This document shows positions 1 to 12,930 of a stretch of 64,000 nt of DNA, in pieces. Positions within the stretch are counted from its first letter, which is position 1. Each line of letters starts with the position of its first letter. The notes under the pieces were generated by a model that ran no database searches, had not been told where the DNA came from, and saw only the letters and a list, made by a program, of their open reading frames with translations. The translations under genes were made by a program, and so were the position numbers. This DNA is from Dimorphilus gyrociliatus (Eukaryota > Animalia > Annelida): the NCBI GenBank assembly GCA_904063045.1, contig CAJFCJ010000014.1, positions 434,001 to 498,000 on the forward strand, read 5' to 3'.

Positions 1-126
1 TTAGTTAGACTTTATTCAATAGAGACACCTTTATGTGAGATTGTGAACTATTTTCCTAAACAACTCGTTAAAATCATACAAAAGACTGATATTTCTTGCA
101 ATATTTTCTGCACTTTTATGTGAAAT

Positions 127-1662
127 ATGATAAAACGTCTATTTTTATTATCAATTATTTATCTAGTAAATAAGAATGCCGTCAAAGGAAGTGAAATCGG
201 TAAGATTAGCCATAATTGTCCTAACAACTGTTTTATTCAAAAGACTTTATTTTATTTTAAGGATACTTCTGGCAATTGACCGATATTCACATGAATTTGT
301 TTTATAATAAATCTTCTACAAATCCTTTGGGTGATTATGTTCAAGGTACTCCTAAAAAACTTGTGCAAACCGTTCTTAAATTCATGAAAAATGAAAAGAA
401 AAAAGCCGATTTCGTAATGTGGACAGGGTAAATATATTATAGTATCTATCGGATATTCATAAAATATTCATTTTGCAATAGAGATAACATTCCACCGTTT
501 TATCCGATGAATAATACGGAAATAGAGACAGAGATTGCAGAGTTGACAAGCATGATAAAAAACACTTTTAACCAAAATGAAGTTCCCATATTTCCTGTCC
601 TTGGTAATCATGATGTCTTCAAAGTAGATCAAATGCCTGCAGATATGAAATTTTACAGAACATTTTTAAATCGTACTCATTGGTCTTCTCTAATAGACAA
701 TGGTAATTGGAAAGCTGGTTTCTACAGTAGAAAATTGAATAAACACCTTAAAATTATAGTTTTAAATACGTGTTTATACTATAATAATGATAAATTAACA
801 ATTATGGACGAAGATCCTGGAGGCCAATTTAAGTGGCTTAGTCAGCAATTACAAACAATTAAAAAGAATAAAATGAAGGTATATCTTGTTTCGTTTACTA
901 TCAGCTCAATTTGTTATTTTCTTTCATCACTTGTTGCTTTTATAGGCTTTGATTACAAGCCATGTACCACCTGGAGACAGATTTCATAGAAAATTCAATG
1001 AGAAATTTCTAACGATTATCTCGAAACATAAAAGAGCTATTTCCGGACTCTTCTTTGGTCATAATCATACTGATACGTTTAGAGTATTCACCGCCGAAGA
1101 GGAAGACATACCAATGTATCTCTCTCCTCCATTAGCTCCTTTCTTGTATAAGAACCCATCCGTGCGCCTATACAAGTACAATAAGAAAACTGGAAAAATT
1201 GACGATATTTTCCAATACTATTTAAATCTTACAGATAAGAATCCAGAGTTTAAATTAGAATATAGTTTCAAAGCAACTTACGGGTTAGAAAATGCTCATG
1301 GTAACAATTTATATAAATTAGCATCTTTGATGTTCAAGAGAAATGGTATTTATTCAAAATTTTGTACATTTTTAAATGTAAGTGCTCCAATATCTTATTG
1401 TCACGATAAGAATATTAAATGGAGTTTGGTGTGCGCTCTGAAAAATTTGAAAGAGGAAAACTTACAACTATGTATTCATAGACATCAGCACAGAAAACCG
1501 GAACATCACGTTCCTAAATATATGTTATACTTGATAATTGTTCTTTCTATTATTGCAGTTTTGTTATTCATTCTTGTTACAATGATTTGTTGTTGCAAAA
1601 AGCGAGTGGTATTCGTTACAAGACCAAGATACGTATTATTATCGTCATCTTCTTTAGGGTGA
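127..1662 (+). CDS. SMPDL3: Acid sphingomyelinase-like phosphodiesterase (SMPDL3-like, calcineurin-like metallophosphoesterase) with C-terminal TM helix; 4 exons
   Basis: Spliced by hand (ATG 127; intron 200-261 and further introns near 430-481 and 879-945). Signal-peptide-like MIKRLFLLSIIYL; metal motifs GYFWQLTDIH, WTGD, GNHD, ITSH, GHNH; hydrophobic YLIIVLSIIAVLLFILVTMI then CCC and a short tail. Confidence 0.9.
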
Positions 1663-2054
1663 GGCTGATTAATTGTACAAAGTATATTGTGTATTTATAT
1701 ACTGCTAAAGTAAAATATTCATTAGCAATTAAGTGCAAGCTATAGAGACTAATGTATCAATATACTGTATATATATATTTGTATGTATAAGGCTTCTCCT
1801 TATGCTTGTTTGATTTTTAACTTGACGATCAAAGTTATAAACATTAGTGTATTATTATTACTCTTTGAATACAAGAAAATTGATATTTAAAGATTTTTAA
1901 ACAATCTTTTTATAGATAAGAATTTATTTTGATAAAACTATTTTTAATTTTGCATCTGCCTATTAACTTTCAATACTTTATCTCATTTATCTTTCTCAGT
2001 AAGGCTTTAGAAGCTTAGATACTATAATTAGAGGATTGACTTTCTTTAAATAAA

Positions 2055-3363
2055 ATGTCTATAAAATTGTATAAAGCTGTTGGAGTGATGTCCGGAACGT
2101 CTTTAGACGGTCTAGATATATGCTACGTTCATTTTTATATAGATGAAGTAAACGAATCATGGAATTTCGAAGTGAAATGTGTAATAAATAATAAATTTGA
2201 ATTTCTAGGTTTCCTAGTAACATGATAATTAAATTGTAAACAGGCTGAAACAGTAGAATATTCTGATGAATGGTATGAAAAGCTATTTAACGCTGGATCA
2301 TTAACTGCTTTAGGATTAGTCAAATTAAATATTGATTATGGACATTTTATAGGAAAGGAAATTGAGAAGTTTGTCTCCAAATATAATCTTCAACCTGATG
2401 TTGCAGGATCGCATGGTAGATTGTATAGTAGTTATTTCTTAAATCGTTTTTATTTCGATATATTTTCAAAGGTCATACGATTTTCCACGAACCGTCTCAT
2501 GGATTAACCTTTCAACTCGGTTGTGGAGAGAGTAGTTCAGCATATCTAAGTTTTCCTTTGGTAACAAATTTCCGTATGAAGGATATTGTTTATGGAGGGC
2601 AAGGTGCACCTTTGGTTCCCAGTGCTGAAAGATTTCTATTTAACAACTACGAAGCTTGCCTAAATCTCGGGGGTATTGCTAACACTCATTTAGAAGATAC
2701 CGCTTTCGATATATGTCCTTGTAATATGCTACTTAATCATATTTGTCAAAGATTAAAACCACCGAGAAAATATGATGAAGACGGTCATATTTCAAAAGGG
2801 GGTAAACTAGTTAAGAGCTATGAAGATGCTTTAGAAAGCTTACAATACTACCAGGTCAGTATTGTACAAAGGTACTGCAAATTTGAAAAGAATCTGCAAA
2901 GACCTTTTAAAATAAAATGCCTTATTTATATTTTTTTGGAAAAAAGGTTTTCCTACAGATAAAGCCTCCAAAGAGTACCGGAAGAGAATGGTTCGAAAAA
3001 AACGTCATTCCCATCATTGAAAGTTGCTTAAAAAGCGGAATATCTCCCCAAGATCTCCTCTACACTTCAACGATGCATATTGTTAAGAGAATAACTTCTG
3101 CTTTTAGTGGTTTTAAAGGTAATTTGTTAATTACTGGTGGCGGAGCTTTTAATAGTTTCCTGATAAGTCTACTATCCGAAAAACTCAACAAAATTGGTAT
3201 CACATTAATTGTGGCTGAAAAAGATATTGTAGAATACAAAGAAGCTCTTATTTTTGCATTCTTTGCTGTTAAAAGATTATTAAATGAACCAAATGTATAT
3301 GGAGAATATACTGGCAGCAATATCAATTCAATCAGCGGAGCTCTACATAGCGGTTCAAATTAA
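2055..3363 (+). CDS. anmK: Anhydro-N-acetylmuramic acid kinase (AnmK family), bacterial-type, with 3 spliceosomal introns
   Basis: Spliced ORF (introns 2181-2243, 2416-2471, 2854-2958) gives AnmK motifs GVMSGTSLDG, GSHGHTIFH, NFRMKDIVYGGQGAPLVP, LNLGGIAN, PPKSTGREWF, ITGGGAFN, KEALIFA. Confidence 0.9.
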
Positions 3364-3818
3364 AGATATTCTATATTTTTATGTTATAATAATGTTTACA
3401 TATCTTTTGTGTGCAATAATGTCTATAAATCGAGCTTATTGATGAAAAAACTACTTTCTTTTCATTTTATTCCTGTATTTGGTCAATATCTTAAATATAC
3501 AAAAACCATCTATTATATTAAAAACAGAAGGAAACTCTAATCTATAAACTTTTGATATTATAATTAAAAGCTGATTAAAAAATAATTTCAGTTGGAAAAG
3601 TTATAAATTTTCACAGAAAAGAATAATTAATTTCGATTAAAAGTAATTCTGAAATTGATATTAAAAATTTTCTCTTTAATAACAGGTAAAATTTGTTTTA
3701 TCAAAGGAAAAGCTAGACTCCATTTTGAAATTCGAAGTAAAATCTCGACAGGGATAAAAAAGAAATTGTCAACAGAAGAAAATTCTTAAATTTATAATAA
3801 ATAGTATATTTACAGAAA

Positions 3819-3989
3819 ATGGACTTTGAGATTGAAAACATATTAAAATTTTCGTATTTCATAAAGTACGACAATAGAATTCGCCAACTTGTAATTATCC
3901 CAGCCGGTATAACACGTGATCATATGCAAATTACCCAACAACGCAGAAGACACGAAGGATTATTTTGTATTCGAAAAAAAGAAATTTAA
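3819..3989 (+). other. 56-codon ORF preceded by a splice acceptor and followed by a 44-bp GTAAGT...TTTCAG intron-like element; possible small transcript or upstream PNUTS leader
   Basis: TTTACAG|AAAATG at 3809-3821; ORF MDFEIENILKFSYFIKYDNRIRQLVIIPAGITRDHMQITQQRRRHEGLFCIRKKEI*; intron-like element at about 4046-4089. No recognisable homology. Confidence 0.2.
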
Positions 3990-4447
3990 GGATTAATTAA
4001 GGTGTGTTTACCTTCAAAAACTTCATTAAAATGTTTAGTAACCTTGTAAGTATGCTTTAGGGATAATAAATAAGTCAATTTATTTTCAGGATACATCAGA
4101 AAGTCGTCATCAGTCAGAAGACAGAAAACGTCACTGAAAATTTCGCATACACCTCACATATATAGCGATATTTTGCTCTTTTGAAGAATTATTAAAGTTT
4201 TTTCAATTGTTAGTAGGCGGTTTTGAACGTCCTGTTTAACTTTTTAGTAAAATAATGTGCCTCTTATAAGAAAAACGTACGTTTCGAGAAGACTGCTTGT
4301 AAAATGACAAATAATCGGGATCTTTAACCCTTTATTGCTGATATCGAAAGCTTTTAAATTCTTTCATGATTTTCAATATCTTTAAACTAAGAAAAATGTG
4401 TGAAAAATCGCGTATTACTTAGTTGAGTGTCATTGAAGGGCGTTAGT

Positions 4448-4466
4448 CAAGATGGCGGATTTCGTC
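4448..4466. promoter_or_regulatory. Inverted pair of YY1-like motifs in the PPP1R10 promoter/leader
   Basis: CAAGATGGCGG on + immediately followed by CGTCCATTTTG (CAAAATGGACG on -). Confidence 0.45.
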
Positions 4467-5022
4467 CATTTTGGATTTTGATAGCAGACATGAACATTAT
4501 TCATTATGCCGGATACACTCGTATTAAAACAGCCGTGTGATATTACTCGAAAAGTTGGCGTTTATCTTATTCGCTTGTTTCATGGGAATAATGGAATAGT
4601 ATACACATTACAAATTTTGTTTAAGTATTTTTTTTTTAAATATCTTACTCAGTATTGCATATACTATCTCAATAACTTAAAACAGTTTCAAATTTATCGT
4701 AAATTTTGTCATCTCTCACAATCAACCACTTTCGAGTTTTTTTTAAATAGTATAGTTATAAAGTTTAGGAGGGTGTACTCGGCATTTCCCCCTGTTGAGG
4801 CGCCATCTGCCGGATTAAATTTACTATCAATGTTAAAATTCGAAGAGGCACATATGATGTGTACTGTAATTGTCACGTAATTTTAAAATGTGTTCTAAAA
4901 AAACTCTTTTTAATTATTCAGAATTGAAGGGAATATTTAAAAAATCTATCATACTCTAAAGATTGGCCCCCAGAATCGAGTATTTTTATTAGTTAGAAGA
5001 ATTCGATGGAAAAGAAAAAAAT

Positions 5023-6509
5023 ATGAATCAATATTCAGAACATTATGAAATCAGCGAACTCATTTTCACGCAAACTGTAAGTATTGATTCTTTGTGTAAC
5101 AGTACAGTTTCTTGCTTTTATATGTATGTAGATAATATATATATATATATACATCACTTATTTATTCATATCCCTGGTCGAAAAAGAGATAATATTAACT
5201 GGACGCCAATTTTTTTCGATTTTTTTATATTGTAATATAAATTTATGATAATAACGGAACAAAGTAATCCTATGATTGACTATCACTAATATTTTTTGTG
5301 AACTTTTTCAGTTGTTCTATCTGATTATGTCTTTAACTGTTAATAATAAAAATTGTTGTTCCAGGGCCCTGGCGAGAGGGCCGTCATCCAAATGGACAAA
5401 CTGGGTGACCTTCTCGACTCCAAAGGAGGAATAAAAGATGTCAACTCCACGCTCAGCTTTGTCAACCAAATGAAAGATGCCTGCAAACTACCCTGTCGTT
5501 TCATTTTTCTGTACATCATTGAAGCAACGAGTGAAGATGTTTTATTTGACTTTATGAAAAGCGGCGGCTGGAGCGTCGTTTCACATTGGTTGCAAGATGC
5601 TAAAACTAAAGACAACAAAGCGCTTATAAATTGTTTACTAAACGTTTGTAAAATTCTCCCTGTGTCCGTTGAACAGATGAAGGAGAATAATTGCGCGAAA
5701 TTGATAAAAAGTATTAGTAAAGCAGAAAACAGTGATCTAAAAGCACTGGCCAGGAGCATTGTGGATAAATGGAAAAACGCAGTGAAGAGTGAAGGAAGTA
5801 TGTGTTTTAGACATTTAAAACTTGTTGAGTTTTGTGGGAATTTTTGCAACAACTTTTCCATGTGTTTAATACTTGATTGTAAGAAACGCCAATTTGGGTT
5901 TTCTATTCTCAAAATTACTCTTCTTTTATACAATAAGAGAATGGAAAAGATTGAACTGACAGTATTATCTGTCTTTTTATTAATTAATCAGGATAATATA
6001 ATAATCCTGATGTAGGTTCGTAGATTTTTCAGGCTGAGAAATTTTCGATAGCGGATTTACTTCACGCTTCTTTTCAACCTTGGTCTCAAAAACAATTTTT
6101 TCAATATTTCAGAATAGATCAAAATTTCCAGTTATCGAAAAGAAATTTCATCGAAATAAGTGTCTTAAACAAAAAAAATTGCGGCTTAATGCCATACACA
6201 TGCTCTTACAATAAAAGCATACGTAGTCACATGTAGGGTCGTTAAGAAGAGACACTGCCCAATCGTTGTTAAAATTAGCTTTTTTGCAATGGAAGGCGTT
6301 AGTGGAATTTCAACTAAACGATTGATTGATTAAATCACAAAAAAAATATTTTAAGAGAAAATCTATCCGCAAGATTTGCATGTAATTGTGCTATCTTTTT
6401 ACTCGACAAAAATTAGTAAAGAAAGAGTAAAAATAATCAATAAATATGACAACTGAAAGGCCGATAATCTTGATTCACGAAAGAGACATAATATATATGC
6501 CAATGAATA

Positions 6510-6554
<45 letters not shown>

Positions 6555-9330
6555 TGTATGAATTTATGCCTACATCAGGGTTGGTGTACTATAGATATAC
6601 TGATACACAATACCATTGCTGCCTAAAGAACAAGCCAAGCCAGAATTCTATGTCTGCTGAACAAAAGTAAGAAGTCATTCATCAAAGGTTTATCAATGTA
6701 AAGTGTTTCGTTTGAAATGATTATATTTCATTCGAATTTTATGGGGTTCCTGCACTGTTTAATTCAGCAAGAATATAATTTTCTTGCGCTTTTAATTAAG
6801 GAGAGGAATGGTTTTTAAAACGAATCGCACTTTGCCGAGAGTCTTAAAAACATGGGATAATTGTTGGTAAAAAAAACTTGACACAAAACTCAAATTCAAT
6901 GCTAAATTCAAAATTTTGCTCCTTTTATTAATTTATCTGTTAATTTTCTCTAGGTCAAGTAGATAAGAAGAAAAAGAAACATAAACATCGAAAGAGATCA
7001 ATCGACGAAACAAAATCTGATTCAAAAACTGAAGAATCATCTCCTGTTTCAAAAACAATCAAACTTTCGCCAAAAGAAGGCGAAGTTGAAACAAATAAAA
7101 AAATAAAAACAGTTAAAGAACCAAAATTAAAATTAAGAGCCACAGGTACATGGTCCAATGACTTTCATTTGGTGCTAAGTTTCGTAGATTTACTAGTTAT
7201 AAATACATGGAATAAATATATTTTTCGACGGTTTGGGATAGTCCACATGTGCAATAAAATAAAATACGTTATAAACAATGCGCTATGTTTCGCCTATACT
7301 CATAGATTATAGGCCTACCCGCGTTATTTTGTATTTATACTTGATACTGACTTGGCACCTTTAAAATATCTGATCTATATAATGCCTTTTATTTTGTTTC
7401 AATTGATTAACAAATTAATTAGACAACTAATAAAAGTCTTATGTAGATTTCACAATACAATATATATATATATATATATGATCACATGCTTATATATATA
7501 TTTATATATACACGCATATACCTATCACGCAAATAGATGTATTTGCGTATATACAAATATGTTGTATATATATATTTGCGTGTATGTACATGTGTACAGA
7601 GTGATCTGTATATATATATATATACATATATTCCAAAAAGGAATACCCATTCTTACTTTCTCTTTTGTTCAATAGGTTTAGAACAGGAAACGAATTTACC
7701 GCAAAAGAAAAAGGGATCGAAAGATAATCATGTGGGATTACCGAAAATTTCTACAACCCTTCCTCCATCGAAACGTGCAAGGTAAGCTAGTTGTCTTTTT
7801 CTATTTGCCTTTGAAATAAGGTTTGCACGTACAGCTAAATTAACTATATTTTCAAAACTTTTTAATTGTAGCATGATGGCACGGAGTATTCAACCACCTG
7901 AAAAGAAAGCAAGAAAAGAAACAGGAGATATTCAGCAGGGTAAAATCAAACTGATTACCACACCACCGCCAATGCGTAAGAATTATTGTTTTGCCTTATA
8001 TTATTTAAATGTTTTAATTAATTGTTTCTTCTTTATTTTAGCCGCTCAAGAAAGCTCTCTGTTTATGGATGCAATTATGACGGCATCGTCGAAAAATGCT
8101 CCTAAAAAGAAAAAAGTCAAGAAAACTCAAAAATCAGCTACCTCTCCGTCCAATTCGGCCTCCAGTCCTCCCTACACAACCGAAAGTGGTTCACCCCCCC
8201 CGGTAAATACTTAAAAAACAATAATATTTTCAACTAATACCCATTTATAAACTTCTTTAATGTTGCATTATTATTCTTTTTTCTCTTTGCTATTGTAGGC
8301 TACAGCAGAATCAAGTGATAAAACAGACAAGAATGATAAATCTCCGATTAGAGATAACGATTACGCTCCAAAAGTTAACAGGAAACGAGTAACATGGGCT
8401 GAAGAATCCAACTTAAAAAAGTTCCATTATTTCGAATTGGATGAAACGGAAAGAGTTAATGTGAATAAATTAAAAGACTTCGAAGAAGTAAAACGAGAAG
8501 AAATGATGCGTGAAAAACAGGCCATGTTGGCAAAGAAAGCTGGTTTTGATCTAGATGATGGTCTAACTATTGTTCATTTTTGGAACCCTTTACAATCAAT
8601 CTCCAATGATGACTTACCATCTTTTCCGAAAACCACAAAAAGTAATGAAATTAACGTTCAAAAGGAGAGAGAAGAAAAAGTTTTAGCCGCAATATATTTT
8701 AACAAGTCAGCAATACCTCCGAGTCCTCATGAACCTGACCCTCATCCAGAAACGAAATGTCCTCCTCCAGTTATAATTCCGTTAAATTCCAGTAATGAAA
8801 TGCGGTTTGAACACCAAACCCATAGGTCTTCTGAAAGCGGCATGTTGCAGACAAGTGATGGAAAACTGCAATTACGTCCGGATGTTTCAAACTTATTAGC
8901 TTCAATGGCAAACCAAGTTCAAAACGGTGGTCAAATGCAAGTCGCTAAAGATGCCATACAAAAACTACCATCACATTTACGTTCACTGTTGGAACAACCA
9001 CAAATTCAAGGAGTTGTCGTTCAAACTGTAGGAGACGATCCTAAAAAAATTATGGAATTGCTAAACGACCCTAATAAACTGCAGCAAATAATCGGAAACT
9101 ATCAAATGAGACAAGTCAGGGGAGGCAATAATAGTGGTAATGGTGGTGGTGGAGGAGGTGGAATGGGTGGTATGGGAGGTATGGGAGGTATGCCTAGACA
9201 CAACCATGGTGGAAACGGACAATTCAGAGGACCTCCACGAGTAGTGTGCAAACACTTTAAGCAAGGTAAATGCAAATTCGGACCTAACTGTAATTTTTTG
9301 CATCCAGGCATAAATGGACCAAAGGTTTAG
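5023..9330 (+). CDS. PPP1R10: PP1 nuclear targeting subunit PNUTS (TFIIS-N domain, PP1-docking motif, Gly/Met-rich tail, CCCH zinc finger)
   Basis: N-terminal TFIIS-like domain (FMKSGGWSVVSHWL...CAKLIKSISK). RKRVTWAEESNLKKFHYFELDETERVNVN matches the PNUTS RVxW region. C-terminal CKHFKQGKCKFGPNCNFLH. In-frame splice from a first exon starting at 5023. Confidence 0.92.
6513..6553. repeat. (AT)n microsatellite in PNUTS intron
   Basis: Direct AT dinucleotide run. Confidence 0.95.
7458..7630. repeat. Compound (TA)n/(TG/CA) low-complexity, self-complementary intronic tract
   Basis: Several TA runs interspersed with CACGCA/TGCGT and TACA/TGTA units. Confidence 0.85.
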
Positions 9331-9718
9331 CTTGACACACGTCATTTTTATTTAATTGTTGATTGTACAGTTTTGAACTGATTTGTAGTTGCATGTACTT
9401 ATGGTTTTTGTTAATTGTTTGAATTTTGTTCTGTTTTATATAGGATTTAGAGGTCTTAAACTGAGTAAACTTCAACCAGTTTTATTAAATCCTATTCTCT
9501 CAACGGGCAATTCAATAAATATTTCGCGAAAGAAATTAAAACACGGTGTTGAGGTTAAAGGGTATAAAGATTCGTTAAAGCTACTATACAAAAATAATAC
9601 TAAATACTTTTGAATAAAATTCATAAATTTCCGTAAAATCTCTTTGTAAGGCCAATTTTTTTAAATTACAGTGTTTGATATAGAAAAAATAAATTTACAA
9701 TTCATAAAATACATCTTT

Positions 9719-12088
9719 TCAAGGTGTAAAGCATAAGCTATTGTCTTCCTCTTTACAAATACTTTCATCACGACTTTGCATTCCCGGTGTTTGCATTGTT
9801 ACATGCATAGGCGCTTGTTTCATAGATGCATCCTCAATCTCTTCTAGCCCACCAGATTCAACAAGTAATGCCATCTGTTTTTGAACAGATTTACCATCTT
9901 CCCGAACTTGTGGAAATTCCGTACATTTTTCAGCGTATTTTGCGGCCTCTTTTAGATTTTTATGTTTTAAATAGTAAATGGAGAGATATTTGTAGCTGGC
10001 AGCTAATGAATCTGCAGACGGCTAGACAACGTAAAAGAATTTAAGAGTGAGTATTCATATCCCTTTGGTTAAAAAAAATAACTTACAACTATGAGTTGGT
10101 TATCAGTAAAATTCAAGAATTCAACATGAGCTGCTGCGGCATTGTCTTCTTCACCTAAATTTTCGTAAACTCTGAAAATACAGAACAATTACAGATTTCT
10201 ATTTAATGTATATGTTAAGTATATTAAGTTCTTACACCCTGTACAGTACATATATACATATATTGTATATGGTTTAAGTAGTTTAAAACGTATTAGGTCA
10301 ATGGAATAAAGGCAGAATTTAGAAAAATTTCCCTGGCCTTTTATTCTCTAATTACAGTGGCGATAAATGACTAGTATGAGAGCTATTTTTAAGGCAGCAA
10401 AATGGAGCTTACTTTGCTAGACGAACAATTGCAATTCCTTCTTCATCCCCGACTTGATGAGCTTTCCAATAACATTTCTTTGCTTCTTCTAATCTAAAAG
10501 AGGAGGAAAAGAATTACCAATATTACCAACCATCTTCTTTTTTTTTAATATAAAACTTATCTACCTCTTCAGTGCTTCGTAACAAACTCCTAAACCTATT
10601 ATTGCTCGAAAGTCGTTGGGCCTTAAACTATGCGCTTTCATAAAATAATAGAGTGAATATCTAATGAATAAAACAGTCATTACACTTTTTGCTTCAAATA
10701 AATCAATCTAACGATTACCTATGAAGATGCAACAATTCATAGGCTTGTCCAAGACCATACCAGGCTCTGTAATCATTCCTATTTATATCTAATCCTCTTC
10801 GATAGGCTTGTATTGCCCCAGCGAAATGTTTTAAATTTAAATATTCATGACCAAGTAAAGTACAAGCATCGGCGTAATTTGGATCTAATTTTAAAGTTCG
10901 CTCAAAATATAGGGCAGCTTTTTCATGAGTTCCACGAATAGAATAATAATTTCCAATGGCACAGCAAGTCTGTGGCCGATACTTATCGATTGATGATAAT
11001 TTTTGAGCTAAGACCGCTAATTCTTGTCTTTTTTCCTTGATAAAGAAAAATCAATATAATTTGAACTTTTACATTTAATGAGCTCTTACTTGAACGTAGA
11101 GAACATTCGAATAAATGTCCATATCGTCAATTCTAAAAGGATCTTTTTGAATTAAAGACTTGAATAACTCGCAAGAGCTCTCCATATCTAAAAGTAGATA
11201 AATATATATAAATATGTGAATAAACAGTGACATATAATAACCTCTCATAGTATTGTAAGTTCTACCCATTTGTGCTGCTATATAAGTAGACTCGTTAAAA
11301 CCATTATCTTTTATCTTTGCATATAGTTCAATTGCTTCTGGTCCTAAATTCAACGAGGATAAAACATGAGCTTTAAAGAATGTATACATCCAGTGTTGGG
11401 TTGGTATGGATAAGTTTGTCAACATAAATGAGTCAGTTACGAGTTTAGATAATTCTTCCCATGCATTCCAGAAGGCAGCTTTCAAAGCTATTGCATCGCA
11501 AAATATCTCTACTGCTTCATCAACTAGTTTCAATTTTGTAAGAACTATTCCGTACAACCACAAACAGTAGGCATCCAATGTTTTCTCTCTCCTCTTTGCT
11601 TTTAGTTCTGATCTAAGCTGCTTTAAATGAGAAATGTTTTCTTCACCACTTCCTATATTTAAGATTGGCCTTTGGTCAAGAAGTTTTTTCTCTCCGGATA
11701 AATACCTTGAATATACATCGAGAAAATAAGCAACATCACTTTTACTATCTCTTAATAAATTCGATGCTCTGTCGTATTCTCTCTGATCAAAGTATGACCG
11801 AGCTAGGATGTATTGATCATTTTCTTCGTAACAGTCGTCTTCTAACTCATATCTAGTTCTAGATTTTGCAGCTTGAACGTCTTTGAGAGAGTATATTAAT
11901 TCTGAAGTCCTGAGTGATAAAAGCAACATTTATACACAATAGGTAAAATACTCGTAAAATTGATAAATTATTAATAAGTACCATGAGCAATTATTCGTTA
12001 ACCTCCTTGTGAAGCATTCGTTGTATACATCATATAATTCTCTCTTTATTTCCGATAAATTCCACTTTTGAACAGAAAACTCCGCCAT
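9719..12088 (-). CDS. CDC23: Anaphase-promoting complex subunit 8 (CDC23), TPR protein
   Basis: MAEFSVQKWNLSEIKREL...; YILARSYFDQREYDRAS, AYCLWLYGIVL, FWNAWEEL, DPFRIDDMDIYSNVLYV. Last exon translated to TGA at 9719-9721. Confidence 0.93.
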
Positions 12089-12930
12089 TTTTCAAAGATT
12101 CTAGCAAAATATGTTTCCAATATCGGTGAGCGTTGTCCAAAAGTCGAGGTGAATTCGAAGTTGCCTATACTTATAATATTGATAAACTTTAGATTATTTT
12201 GAGAAATTGCCAATGGCAGCCTAAATGGTATCGTTTCATATTGAAATTTGGCTAAAAAGCGTTTGTGAAAATATTTTTTTTGTCGTAACCCAAATAGAGC
12301 TTAATTTATTCAATGAAAATATTGTATGTAATTAAAATGACTCATGAATATATATTTTTATCAATTTAAATTATTCTGTGTATTTATTAAATTATTCTAT
12401 AAATTATAATTGGGATAATATTTAATATAAAATCGTTCAATATTGATTCTTTAAAAAAGAAAGACTGAAAACAGGGTAATTATTAGTCCCGCATTAAGAC
12501 AAACTATGCTTAATATCATATTGAACATTTTAGTAGAAGTTTTTTCTGAGAGAGCTTAAATATGCTCGGTAAGATTTCATTGGCGTTGGAGTATTTCTAA
12601 AAATACGAAAGCATGCAAATCAACAGAGTTCCGGTACGGAACTAGCGTGACAACCATTTTCATCGAACGTTTTGGTCTAGTGAGTTTTTTTTATGCTAAT
12701 ACACCTTAACTATAAATGTGGATAAACTAAAAATATGACAATTATCTTATTTATACTTTTAATTTTATAATTTGTAATATCGTTTGGGTTTGCAAAGAAT
12801 TTATTATTTAATATGGCGGCTTCAAAATTACTGCAGTATATTATGTAATAACCTCCGTTAATGTAATTGTTACAGCATGTCCAGATTATAGACAGGAGCT
12901 CACTGTTGATTCGTTTATATTTTTGTTAAA

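Noticed and set aside
4506-4880. 124-aa ORF upstream of PNUTS
   Set aside because: Low-complexity, no recognisable homology, and lies in the promoter/5' UTR region.
7352-7785. ORFs rich in I/Y/C/V
   Set aside because: Artefacts of (TA)n/(TG)n repeats in a PNUTS intron.
12618-12638. Perfect short inverted repeat GTTCCG-GTA-CGGAAC in the CDC23/BAG6 promoter
   Set aside because: Too short to assign; probably a transcription-factor site or chance.
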